Assembly (NCBI GenBank): GCA_963841065.1
Contig: CAWJBI010000031.1
Location: forward strand, 80,674-144,673
Reading direction: 5' to 3'
Origin: an uncultured Gammaproteobacteria bacterium
GTDB taxonomy: Bacteria > Pseudomonadota > Gammaproteobacteria > Chromatiales > Chromatiaceae
DNA: 64,000 nucleotides
Shown: positions 31,353 through 40,096 of the stretch, piece after piece
Layout: each line of letters starts with the position of its first letter
How positions within the stretch are numbered: the stretch's first letter is position 1
The notes under the pieces: generated by a model
The model's database searches: none
The model's input: only the letters and a program-made list of their open reading frames with translations
What the model was told of the DNA's origin: nothing
Position numbers and translations under genes: made by a program

Positions 31353-32533
31353 CGGGCCTCCCGCAGCCCCTTGCGCCTCACCAAGGCGAGGACCGCGAGC
31401 ACGGCCGATAACAGCACCATGAGGCCAAAGCCGAGGGCGGGGTAGGAATGGGTCGCGAACTGGGCCACCTTGCCGTCGCCAAAGACCGTGGGCATAAAGG
31501 GCTTGACGGTGAAGGCCCCCATGTCGCTCAGGGTATGGCCATACCACCAGAGCCAGGCCGCGTAATCGATGAGGAAGAAGAGCGGCAGGGCCAGGGGGGC
31601 CAGGATCAGGAACCAATAGAGCAGGCCGGAACTCTTGCGGGCGCCCCAGAGGAGCAGGAGCATGGCGCCCACCATGACCCAATAGAAGGCGTGGGTGGCG
31701 ATCGCCATGCCCTTGACCATGGGACTGATCAGCGCCGGGTCGTTGAAATAACGCCCGAGGCTGGTCTGGTAGTGCCAGAGCAGGGTCTGGATACCGCTGC
31801 CGGTCCACTCCTGGCGCTCCGCGGCGGGCAGGCGCTCCTGGGTCTTCTCGAAGCGGGATTCCAGGCTGTCGATCAGATTTTCCTTGTCCACGGCCGGCTT
31901 CCTGTCCTCGGCCTTGGGCGGGGGGCTGGCGGCTGGGGCCTCGGCGAGTTCCGCCTTGAGTCGCGCCAGCAGGGCATCGGCGGCGGTGACCTTGGGCGCC
32001 TCCTTCTCGATGCCGCCTTCCTGGTCCAGGGCCGTGACCATGGCGGTCAGATAGCCGCTGTTCTGGTATTCAAGCCCGTCCTCGCCGTACATGGTCAGGG
32101 TCATCCAGCCCAGGATGGCCGCGAAGCCCACCCCCATGACGACCAGTCTTAGCCCGGTTTTGGGGATGACGAAGCCCAGGATCATGACCCCCAGCAGGCT
32201 GATGATGAAGGGCGAGAAGGCCCGCTCGACCACGCCGCCGGCGGCGATGGGGTACATGCCGACATAGTGGTTGATGGTGTCCATCTCGTGGACGCAATCC
32301 AAGGCCTCGTCTTCGTGGATCTCCGCCTTCTCGATCTTCTGGCAGCCATTGAAGACGCCATTCATGTGGAAGTGGATACGAACCCCGTCGGGGAAGGACT
32401 CGGGCGGGTAATTGGGTGCCGTCAGGGATACCCACCAGATCGGCGAGAAGTAGATGGCCGCCAGGAGCCCGATGGCCAGGAGGGCGAGAAGACCGGCTAA
32501 CAGGCCCCGCGGGGTATACGTCTGCGCGTTCAT
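31349..32533 (-). CDS. nosB: NosB-like integral membrane protein
   Basis: 394 aa. TM segments at both ends flank a hydrophilic middle. The call rests on its position inside a clade-II-type nos cluster next to nosD, not on a motif. Confidence 0.5.
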   Translation of the reverse strand: MNAQTYTPRGLLAGLLALLAIGLLAAIYFSPIWWVSLTAPNYPPESFPDGVRIHFHMNGVFNGCQKIEKAEIHEDEALDCVHEMDTINHYVGMYPIAAGGVVERAFSPFIISLLGVMILGFVIPKTGLRLVVMGVGFAAILGWMTLTMYGEDGLEYQNSGYLTAMVTALDQEGGIEKEAPKVTAADALLARLKAELAEAPAASPPPKAEDRKPAVDKENLIDSLESRFEKTQERLPAAERQEWTGSGIQTLLWHYQTSLGRYFNDPALISPMVKGMAIATHAFYWVMVGAMLLLLWGARKSSGLLYWFLILAPLALPLFFLIDYAAWLWWYGHTLSDMGAFTVKPFMPTVFGDGKVAQFATHSYPALGFGLMVLLSAVLAVLALVRRKGLREAR

Positions 32534-32682
32534 CAGGGTTACCGCTTAATGAGGATGAAGGCTGGATCGGTCACCGGGTCCCTCGGCGGACCGAATTTGG
32601 CCCCGTGACCTGGCTGTGCCGAGGCGGTCGGCGCCTGGGCAAAGGGGACGGCGGCTTCCCTGCCGCTTCTCGTCACGCCGCG

Positions 32683-33382
32683 CTACTCGAAGTCGGGATT
32701 CTTCCAATCGGCGGACTCCGCCAGGAGTTCCTTCGGCGGCTTGATTCGCGAGGTATAGTCGCTGACCGCCAGGACAGTCGCGATCGGTGAAGTTCTTGAC
32801 CTGCTCGACCATGTCGGGATTGGCGTTGCGCCGCTTGCCGCCCTTGATCTCCTTGAACTGGCGGACGATGTAGTTGTAATGCTGGCCATGGACGCGGGGA
32901 TAGTACTTGTCGTTGTTCCCCTCGCCATTCTCGCCATGGCAACGCACGCAGTTCTCTTCGTAGAGCTTCTTGCCATGTTCCAGGTCATCGCCCGGACCCA
33001 CGCCATTAGCGGGCGTCATGGGGAGTCCCGCCATGTAGGCCACGACGTCCGCCAGGGCCTGGGGGCCGCCGATCTGGGAGGGCAGGGCGAAGGGATACAT
33101 GGTGGGGTTGTCGCGGTTTTGGGCGCGAATGTCCGCCAACTGCTTGATGATGACGTTGTGATGCTGGCCGGCGAGTTGCGGGAAGGTCCCGTCGTCCAGG
33201 CCCCAGCCCTCCGGCAGATGGCAGGCGGCGCAGACCTCATAGACGTCGCGCCCGTTCTCCGCGTTGCCCTTGAGGGTCAAGGCCTCGTCCTGCTCGCCAC
33301 CGCCCTCGTTCCAGGCCAGCGCCGAGCCCGCCATGGCGGTCGCCAGGGTGGCGACGGCTAGCCGGATAGTAAAACTGCTCAT
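32683..33382 (-). pseudogene. dihaem cytochrome c, one apparent frameshift near 32780
   Basis: Signal peptide and two CxxCH sites (CAACHL, CVRCHG). After ...VKNFTDRD the plausible C-terminus IATVLAVSDYTSRIKPPKELLAESADWKNPDFE continues in the frame of ORF 32683..33006. Confidence 0.7.
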
Positions 33383-33495
33383 GATAAATCTCCGAAAGGT
33401 TGATCCAGGGCTGCCGGCCAGAGTGGCCGAAGTGACCGCGGCGGCGCGGTCCGCGCCCCTGTTGATCAGGCTAATTCCCGGGCGAGATCGCCACT

Positions 33496-33509
33496 TTGAC
33501 CGAGGTCAA
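33496..33509. promoter_or_regulatory. FNR/DNR-like box TTGACcgagGTCAA
   Basis: Perfectly symmetric, 8/10 to TTGAT-N4-ATCAA. It lies between the two cytochrome c genes, centred about 120 nt upstream of ATG 33382. Confidence 0.4.
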
Positions 33510-33534
33510 GCCGTTACAAACCGAAATATTTGGG

Positions 33535-33861
33535 CTATTTACTGAGGGTGCCCAGCCAGTTGGCGATGGTCCGCATTTCTTCGTCCGTGACCAGGTGCAT
33601 GACCGCCTTCATGGCCGCCGTCTGGCCGTTATTGCGGGCCCCGCTCTGGATATCCTTCATTTGATTGTAGGCGTAATCCGGATTCTGGCCAGCGAGCTTG
33701 GGGTAAACGGGCAGGATCGGGGAATTGGCGTCCTTGCCATGGCAAGCGACGCAGGTCTTCTTGGCATAGAGTTCCGGTCCGTCGAGGGCCTGGACACTGG
33801 TGATGACGCCGAGCCCAAGGGTGATGCCGAGGGCGGCGGAAAGGGCCTTGAGGGTTCGCAT
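33535..33861 (-). CDS. monohaem class I cytochrome c
   Basis: 108 aa. Signal peptide, a single CVACHG, and a distal Met region (AAMKAVM). Confidence 0.8.
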   Translation of the reverse strand: MRTLKALSAALGITLGLGVITSVQALDGPELYAKKTCVACHGKDANSPILPVYPKLAGQNPDYAYNQMKDIQSGARNNGQTAAMKAVMHLVTDEEMRTIANWLGTLSK

Positions 33862-33947
33862 GATGGATGACCTCGTAATGCGCTAACTGGTCGATAAGGG
33901 GCGCACGGGTGCCTGGGGCTCCCGCGCGCCCTGGGAGGGCCTGGGTA

Positions 33948-36263
33948 TCAGGGCTTGGTGGGCTTGGCGCCACCCTGGTCGAGGAGGGCCTTGGCGCGCA
34001 GGCCGAGGTCCGCGGCCTTCACCTGATACTGCCACCACTGGTTGGCCCAGAGCATGGCGTTCTGCCAATCGGCCTTGGCGGCGGCATCCTCGGACTTCTT
34101 CTTGGCGTCCTGGGAGAAGCCAAGCTGGTCGGTGGCATCCTCAACCAGGGCGACCACGGTCGGGAAGTCCTTGAAGTTGCGGCCGGTGATGTAGGCGACC
34201 ACCTGATCGATGACGGCCTGGGTCTCGTTGTTGGTCTTGACCTGGGTGTTATAGTCCGCTTGGGTATAGGCCGTGCCCTCGACCATCTTGGTCGCCGCCT
34301 CCTGATAGCCCTTGGGCTTGACCAGCAGGTAGCCCTGCATCTCCAGGTGCAGGGCCGAGCAGAACTCGGTGCAGTAATAGGGATAAACACCAGGCTTATC
34401 GGCCACGAAGGTCGTGGTTGATGTCTTGCCGGGCTCGATGGAGAGCTGGACATTCTGCCCGTACATGGCGAAGCCATGCACCTGGTCCTGGGCGCGCTCC
34501 AGGTTGGTCAGGGCGATGCTGACCGTATCCCCCTCTACTGCCTCGATGATCTCCGGGGTGATGTGGGAGCGGATGACGGTGCCCTTCACCTGGGTGGTGC
34601 ACTTGCCCGCGGCGTCGCAGTTACGCTCGGTGGTCTCGCGGCCGGCGCGGGTGGCGTTCGGGTGCTTCTGGTCGGTACGGCTATCGGTGCCGGACTTGTA
34701 GCGCACCTCCGGCTTCAGCTTGTCGGCGGCGATGGCCACGGCGTAGTGGGGCTCGCCCAGCGGCAGCGGCATGTCGTACAGGAGCTGCATCTTGTCGTTG
34801 CCGATGTCGATGAGCTGGTGGTTCTGGGGATGCAGGGGACCCACCGGCTGATGACGGTCGATGGAGAGCTTGTTCAGCGCCACCAGATACTTGCCATCCG
34901 GCTCCACCGAATCGCCCTCCATGGTCATGAGGTGGCCGATGTTGTAGTGGATGGACAGCTTGTCCAGCACCTTGCCTTCGCAATAGTCGTACTTGGCGAC
35001 CTGGGAATCGACGTAGAGGGAGGTGTAGGCGATGCAGGGCTTGGCGTCGAACTGGGTGTGCAGGGGTCCCAGGCCCAGGTTGACCTGATGCTGGAGGACA
35101 TCCTGCATGGCGATGATGGGCACGCCGTAGGGGTCCTTGCCCTCGAACTTGCCATCGGCGATGGCCTTCTGGATTTTCTCGAAGCTATAGACCGAGACGT
35201 GGCTATCAAGCTTGCCGGAAACGATCATAAATTTGCCGTCCGGGGTCACGTCCACGCCATGAGGGCTCTTAGGCTCGGGGATCAGATAGAGGAGGCCCTC
35301 GGCGATGGCCTGCTCCATGGGGATGTAGTAATAGCCCTTTTCTTTCTTGACCTTGCCGGCCTTGACCAGCTCCTCGGCCTTCTTCCAGTTGGTCACGTGC
35401 AGGTAGTCGGTGTCCTTGGAGGAGCAGCCGGCCTCGAAGGGCGGGCGACCGCGCTCGATGCCGCCCACGTAGCGCTCGGAGCAGAAGGAGTTGGTGAAGC
35501 CCCAGCCGTAGCTGGGTCCCTTGCCGGCGTCGGAAAGGTCCTGGCTGTAGGGCCCTAACTCAAAGGTGAAGGAGTTTTCGGGCTCGATGCGGCCCTTCTC
35601 CTTGTTGAATTTCCAGTAGGTCAGGCCGCCGCGGTATTTGTCATTGAATTCCTCCAAGGGGACGAAGCCATCATCGAGGAGGGGCGCGGCGTACTGGACG
35701 GCCTCCATGACATATTCGGTGTTGGGGGTCACGAAGGCGCCGCCATGGGCGGACTTGAAGAAGGGGTTGACGACGATCTGCTTGGTCTCGAAGTCGTGCA
35801 GATCGATGACCGCGATGCGCGGATTGGACTTGTCGTTGATGAAGAGCCAGCGTCCGTCGTAGGCGCCCTCGGTCTCCGAGATAGCAGGGTGGTGGGTGTC
35901 GCCATAGACCATATCCTTGCCCCGGATGCGGCCCTGGGCCAGGACCGCCTTGGACTCATCGTCGAAGCCATAGCCCTGCCAGGGTTCCGGGGTGAAGACG
36001 CCGATGTACTTGAGCAGTCGCATTGAGGGGATGCCATAGACGATGACCTGACCGGACTGGCCACCGGAACTGAAGACCACGTATTCGTCGCGGCCTCCGC
36101 TGGGGACATAGGTCTTGGCCGCCGCCAGCAGGTCCTTCTCGCTCAGACCGCGGCGTTGCATGGTGTCCTGCAGGGTCTCGGCGGACCAGGCCGCCGAGGT
36201 CGCACTCATCGTCAGGACCGCCCCGACCGCGACGGATAAACCGCGCCTGGAAAATTTGTTCAT
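33948..36263 (-). CDS. nosZ: nitrous-oxide reductase NosZ, clade II (atypical) type, with ~119-aa C-terminal extension
   Basis: 771 aa. CuZ-region motifs GDTHHPAISETEG and GEPHY. CuA site YCTEFCSALHLEM. The accessory set nosB/G/H plus cytochromes c, with no nosR or nosX in the cluster, fits clade II. Confidence 0.9.
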   Translation of the reverse strand: MNKFSRRGLSVAVGAVLTMSATSAAWSAETLQDTMQRRGLSEKDLLAAAKTYVPSGGRDEYVVFSSGGQSGQVIVYGIPSMRLLKYIGVFTPEPWQGYGFDDESKAVLAQGRIRGKDMVYGDTHHPAISETEGAYDGRWLFINDKSNPRIAVIDLHDFETKQIVVNPFFKSAHGGAFVTPNTEYVMEAVQYAAPLLDDGFVPLEEFNDKYRGGLTYWKFNKEKGRIEPENSFTFELGPYSQDLSDAGKGPSYGWGFTNSFCSERYVGGIERGRPPFEAGCSSKDTDYLHVTNWKKAEELVKAGKVKKEKGYYYIPMEQAIAEGLLYLIPEPKSPHGVDVTPDGKFMIVSGKLDSHVSVYSFEKIQKAIADGKFEGKDPYGVPIIAMQDVLQHQVNLGLGPLHTQFDAKPCIAYTSLYVDSQVAKYDYCEGKVLDKLSIHYNIGHLMTMEGDSVEPDGKYLVALNKLSIDRHQPVGPLHPQNHQLIDIGNDKMQLLYDMPLPLGEPHYAVAIAADKLKPEVRYKSGTDSRTDQKHPNATRAGRETTERNCDAAGKCTTQVKGTVIRSHITPEIIEAVEGDTVSIALTNLERAQDQVHGFAMYGQNVQLSIEPGKTSTTTFVADKPGVYPYYCTEFCSALHLEMQGYLLVKPKGYQEAATKMVEGTAYTQADYNTQVKTNNETQAVIDQVVAYITGRNFKDFPTVVALVEDATDQLGFSQDAKKKSEDAAAKADWQNAMLWANQWWQYQVKAADLGLRAKALLDQGGAKPTKP

Positions 36264-36357
36264 CGAACCGCCCTCTTACTCTGGCAATTTAAGGAAACAC
36301 CACGGGACTTGCGGCCCGCGACACCCCAAAACCCTATCCCCGCGGGCCGCTTGAGCC

Positions 36358-36371
36358 TTGATGCAAGTCAA
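36358..36371. promoter_or_regulatory. FNR/DNR-type box TTGATgcaaGTCAA upstream of nosZ
   Basis: 9/10 match to TTGAT-N4-ATCAA, centred about 101 nt upstream of the nosZ ATG (36263). Confidence 0.5.
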
Positions 36372-36385
36372 ATCACAAGGAGAGG

Positions 36386-36401
36386 TGTGTCATATGACAC
36401 A
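36386..36401. promoter_or_regulatory. perfect 16-bp palindrome TGTGTCATATGACACA
   Basis: Exact self-complement in the divergent region between nosZ and the hydrolase gene. It has a CRP-like TGTGN-N6-NCACA architecture. Confidence 0.35.
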
Positions 36402-36544
36402 GATTAAGACCCAAACCGGGCGCCGGGCGATGCTTTGCTAGTATTAGTTGATCACAGCCTCTTTTTCTTACCACCTTGCCGTGCTGTCATAGACCCAACC
36501 CCCCTAAGCCCCGCCGAACACGTCACCCTGGAGTTTTTCCTGCC

Positions 36545-38313
36545 ATGCCTTCCCGCCCCGATCCCACTGGCGAGGGCTTGCCCCTCAACCGCCGTGATTT
36601 TTTGCGACTGACGGGCCTGGGCAGTCTGGGCCTGCTCGTCCCGGGCCTGCTGACCGGTTGCGGCGACGACGCTGTGGGGGTTATTGGCTCGCCGAGCTAT
36701 GCCGCTACTATGACGCGATCACGATTCGGCAGTTGCTCAGCCATGCCTCGGGCCTCCCGGGTACCAATTTCGTCAACATTTTTGCCCAGGCCCCCCAGCC
36801 GGATTACGCGGAGCGGACCCAGAACGAGCTGGCTGATCAACGCCTCAAACACGCGCCGGGCGAGATGGCCGTTTATTGCAACGACGGCTTCACCCTGATC
36901 GAAAACCTGGTGGCGGCCGTCACGGGCCAAAGCTATGCCCAATTCGTGACCACCGAAATCCTGGTCCCGGCGGGCATGACCCAGAGCGCCTACCCCCGAA
37001 AACCCTTCCCGGCGGGCACCTTCGCCCCGGCCTTCGCGGACGATACCCCGCTGCCGCAGGAATTCACCAACGGCTTCGCCACCGGCGGTCTCTATGCCAC
37101 GCCCTCGGACATGGGCCGGCTGGCCAGGCTCTTGCTGCAGGGTGGCATCCTCGAGGGCCGGCGTATCCTGTCCGCCACCTCCGTGGCGGAAATGGCCCGC
37201 GATCAGACCCCGACCCTCGGCTTCAATCCCATCCCTTCCTTCCAATGGGGCCTGGGCTGGGATGACGTATCCCAAAAGGGCCTGGCCGCCGTGGGGATCA
37301 AGGCCTGGACCAAGAATGGCGGGACCCTCTTCTATGGCAGTCAGTTCTTCGTCCTGCCCGAGGCGCGCTTGGGGCTGGCCATGAGTGGCACCACTCTGAC
37401 TTATGGCAGCGGCAAGCTGGCGGAACGCATCCTCCTGAATGCCCTGGTCGAGTCGGGCCGTCTGGCGGCCATGCCGGTGGCCCTGCCGGCCACCCCCGCG
37501 CCCGAGGCCGCCGTCGACGACGCGACCCTGGCGGCCATGGCGGGCTACTTTGCCCAGCACGAGGCCGTGCTCCGGGTGGAGGTCCAGCCCGATCGCGCCT
37601 TGACCCTGTCCACCTTTGACTCGGGGACCTGGACCGAGACGGCCAGGGACCTCAAGTACCGGACCGACGCCACCTTTTCCAGCGACAGCAAGCCGCTCTA
37701 TGCCTACCGGCCCTTAAAGGCGGAACTCGGCGATTACCATGTCGTGCGCATTCCCTGGGGCTATGAACACTGCCTTCTGGAACTGCCCTACTCCCAGCGG
37801 GTGCCGCCCCGGGGCGCCCGCACCCCGGACTGGGAACGGCGCCTGGGCCGCCAATGGTTGCAGGTCAACGACGGCGCCGCTTCCTGGACCTTGCGCCTGG
37901 GGCAGCCCCGGCTCAGGCTGGATGAGGTTCCCGAGCTTCCGGGCTACGTCGGCGTGACCTACATGGGCACCCAACTCCTGGATGCCAGCCAGGACGGCCA
38001 GCGTGCCCGGATGTGGATGATGATCCCCCTCAACAATGGTCGCGATCTTGCCGATCTGGTCATCGTGGACCGGGAAGGCGAGGAATGGGTCCGCTTCGGC
38101 AGTGGCCTCTTCCGGCCGCTGGAAGGCGTGCCGGTGCTGGAGGTCGGAGGCGCCACCCTGACCGTCGAGGTGGCGGGTGAGGCCCAGTGGTTACAAGTCC
38201 CGGCCCGTGGGACCCTGACCATCCGCAATGCCGCCACCTGGCTGCTTTACGATGGCGACTTCGTCTACCAGGCGGAAGGGCAAGGGGGCGGGTACCCCAG
38301 CGCTGCCCGATAG
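36545..38313 (+). pseudogene. beta-lactamase-family serine hydrolase homologue with Tat/lipoprotein signal; frameshifted and lacking the SxxK region
   Basis: ATG at 36545 gives NRRDFLRLTG...LLTGCG in one frame. From about 36690 the hydrolase body (ITIRQLLSHASGLPG, YCNDGF = YxN motif) runs in another frame. There is no room and no match for the SxxK block. A ~300-aa C-terminal domain is unrecognised. Confidence 0.6.
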
Positions 38314-38589
38314 AGGCGACAAGGCCTGGTTGATGCTCCATGGCGCCCGTGGGGATCGCATCGAGGTGGATGTCGGCTAGCCTGGGGTAGGGAGCGACTC
38401 GCCTGCGCCCGTACGGAACGAGCGGATTTGCTGATGTAAATGCCGACCATGCGGGTCGACCTTCAGGGCATCGTCTAATAAATATCCAGGCTCTGTGCCG
38501 AGATTGCCGCAAGGCCGGAAAGATGGATACCGGGTACCCAAGAGGGGGATCAAGGGTTGTGACTCAGTGATGGACTGCTGGGTCTTGCC

Positions 38590-39129
38590 TTACTTCTGGG
38601 CCTTGCCTTCCTTTTGGGGCTTGGCCACTTTCCGGGGCTTAGGTTCTTTAGGGAGCTTGGTTTCTCTCTGGACCCTGGCCTCTTTTTGGGGCTTGGTCTC
38701 CTTCTCCGCCTTGGCTTCCTTTTCCGCCTCTTTCCAGTCCCGACACAGGGCCGAGAAATCGGCCGGTAGGTCGCGGCAGGTCAGGATCCCGAGGGCGTGG
38801 CCCTCCCTTATGATGGGGAGGTGGCGAAAATGGTGGGTAAACATCAGCTTCAGGCAATGTATCAGGGGCCTGTTCCATTTGACGCTGATCGGGTCCGTGG
38901 TCATGACCTCCCGAAGTAGGACCTCATCCGGGCTCAGGCCCTTGGCGACGACGCGGACGAGGAGGTCTCGCCCGGTAAAGAGACCTATCAGAAGGGTGTG
39001 ATCCAGGACCAGAATGGCATCGACCCGGCACGCTACCATCCGGTCAATGGCGACCCGCACCGTATCGGTGGGGCTCAGACTGACGAGTTCCCGGCCCTTG
39101 ATGAGATCAATCACATGCTTAAAAACCAT
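38590..39129 (-). CDS. CBS-pair domain protein with lysine-rich repetitive C-terminal tail
   Basis: ATG at 39129 is preceded by GGGAGAGG. Two CBS motifs are present (AILVLDHTLLIGLFTGRDLL; HLPIIREGHALGILTCRDL). The tail reads KEAEKEAKAEKETKPQKEARVQRETKLPKEPKPRKVAKPQKEGKAQK. Confidence 0.75.
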   Translation of the reverse strand: MVFKHVIDLIKGRELVSLSPTDTVRVAIDRMVACRVDAILVLDHTLLIGLFTGRDLLVRVVAKGLSPDEVLLREVMTTDPISVKWNRPLIHCLKLMFTHHFRHLPIIREGHALGILTCRDLPADFSALCRDWKEAEKEAKAEKETKPQKEARVQRETKLPKEPKPRKVAKPQKEGKAQK

Positions 39130-39226
39130 TTTGCCTCTCCCTATGTCTGGTTCAGACCTCCCCTGACTGACGCCAGCCTCGGGCGAGCTGCAATATAACA
39201 AGTGTCTTGCCAGACACGGGAGAGGT

Positions 39227-39976
39227 TTAGCGGCTTATCCCATCCCCAGTTTCCTGCTCCTGGCTAAGGGTGGCGATCAGAATCTCCTTGTTACGGTAGC
39301 GAACGTCGGTCCCCTTGGCGACAAAAATCACCTGTTCGGCGATATTCGAGGCCTTGTCGCCGATGGCCACCAGGGCGCGGAGGGCGAAGACGACTTCGAT
39401 GACCTGACCCGTCAAGGTGGCGTCCCCCAGGATAAAGGTCATGAGGTGGCGCATGCCGGCATCGAATTCCTCCTCGAGTTCAACCTCCTCGCGAAAGACG
39501 TCCAGGGCTTTGTCCACATTGACCTCGGCCAACGCCGCCAGGCTGAGTTCAAGCAGATGGGTGGCGATCTCATAGAGGCGGCGCGCATGGTGCAGGGTCC
39601 GGGGCACGGCCCCCCGTCCCTCGCGCTCGCGGATGCGCAAGGCGCACCAAGCGATCTGTTCCGCCTTGTCGCCCGCCTGCTCCAGATAGCCGGTGCACTT
39701 CGACAGGGCCATGACCAGCCGCAGGTCGATGGCGGCCGGCTGGCGTTTGGCGATGATGTTAAAAATGCCCTCGTCGATGGCCATTTCCTGGCGGTCGATC
39801 TGGCGTTCGCGATCGACAACCTGCCGCGCCAGATTGACCTCGCCCTCGGTGAGGGCCCCACTGGCGGCGCTGACCTGCTCCAGGACCCGCTTGCCCATGG
39901 CCAGGACCTGGTCCCGGACGAGGGTCAGTTCCTGGTCAAAACGCTGGACCGTGTGGCCCTTGGCGACATCATTCAT
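39227..39976 (-). CDS. phoU: phosphate signalling complex protein PhoU
   Basis: ATG at 39976. Two PhoU repeats. It lies immediately downstream of pstB. Confidence 0.85.
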   Translation of the reverse strand: MNDVAKGHTVQRFDQELTLVRDQVLAMGKRVLEQVSAASGALTEGEVNLARQVVDRERQIDRQEMAIDEGIFNIIAKRQPAAIDLRLVMALSKCTGYLEQAGDKAEQIAWCALRIREREGRGAVPRTLHHARRLYEIATHLLELSLAALAEVNVDKALDVFREEVELEEEFDAGMRHLMTFILGDATLTGQVIEVVFALRALVAIGDKASNIAEQVIFVAKGTDVRYRNKEILIATLSQEQETGDGISR

Positions 39977-40096
39977 GGCGGGTCCTGATAAGTGCTGATG
40001 AGATTTAGGGGGGAGAGCCCTCCCGTTCACAATGCGCGGGGCCGGATCTCGGGCCCGGGTCCCCGATTACGCGGTTAGCCGGCATCGGCAGCGGCG

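Noticed and set aside
36177-36263. Possible twin-arginine signal in NosZ (MNKFSRRGLSVAVGAV...), which would contradict a clade II (Sec-type) assignment
   Set aside because: SRRGLS departs from the S/T-RRxFLK consensus at the key hydrophobic positions. The remaining clade II signatures and accessory genes outweigh it. It is left open rather than called as Tat.
38495-39001. 168-aa plus-strand ORF with W/F/L/S-rich repeats (WALPSFWGLATFRGLGSLGSL...)
   Set aside because: It is the antisense reading of the lysine-rich repeat tail and CBS domain of the minus-strand gene, which has a good RBS and clear CBS motifs.
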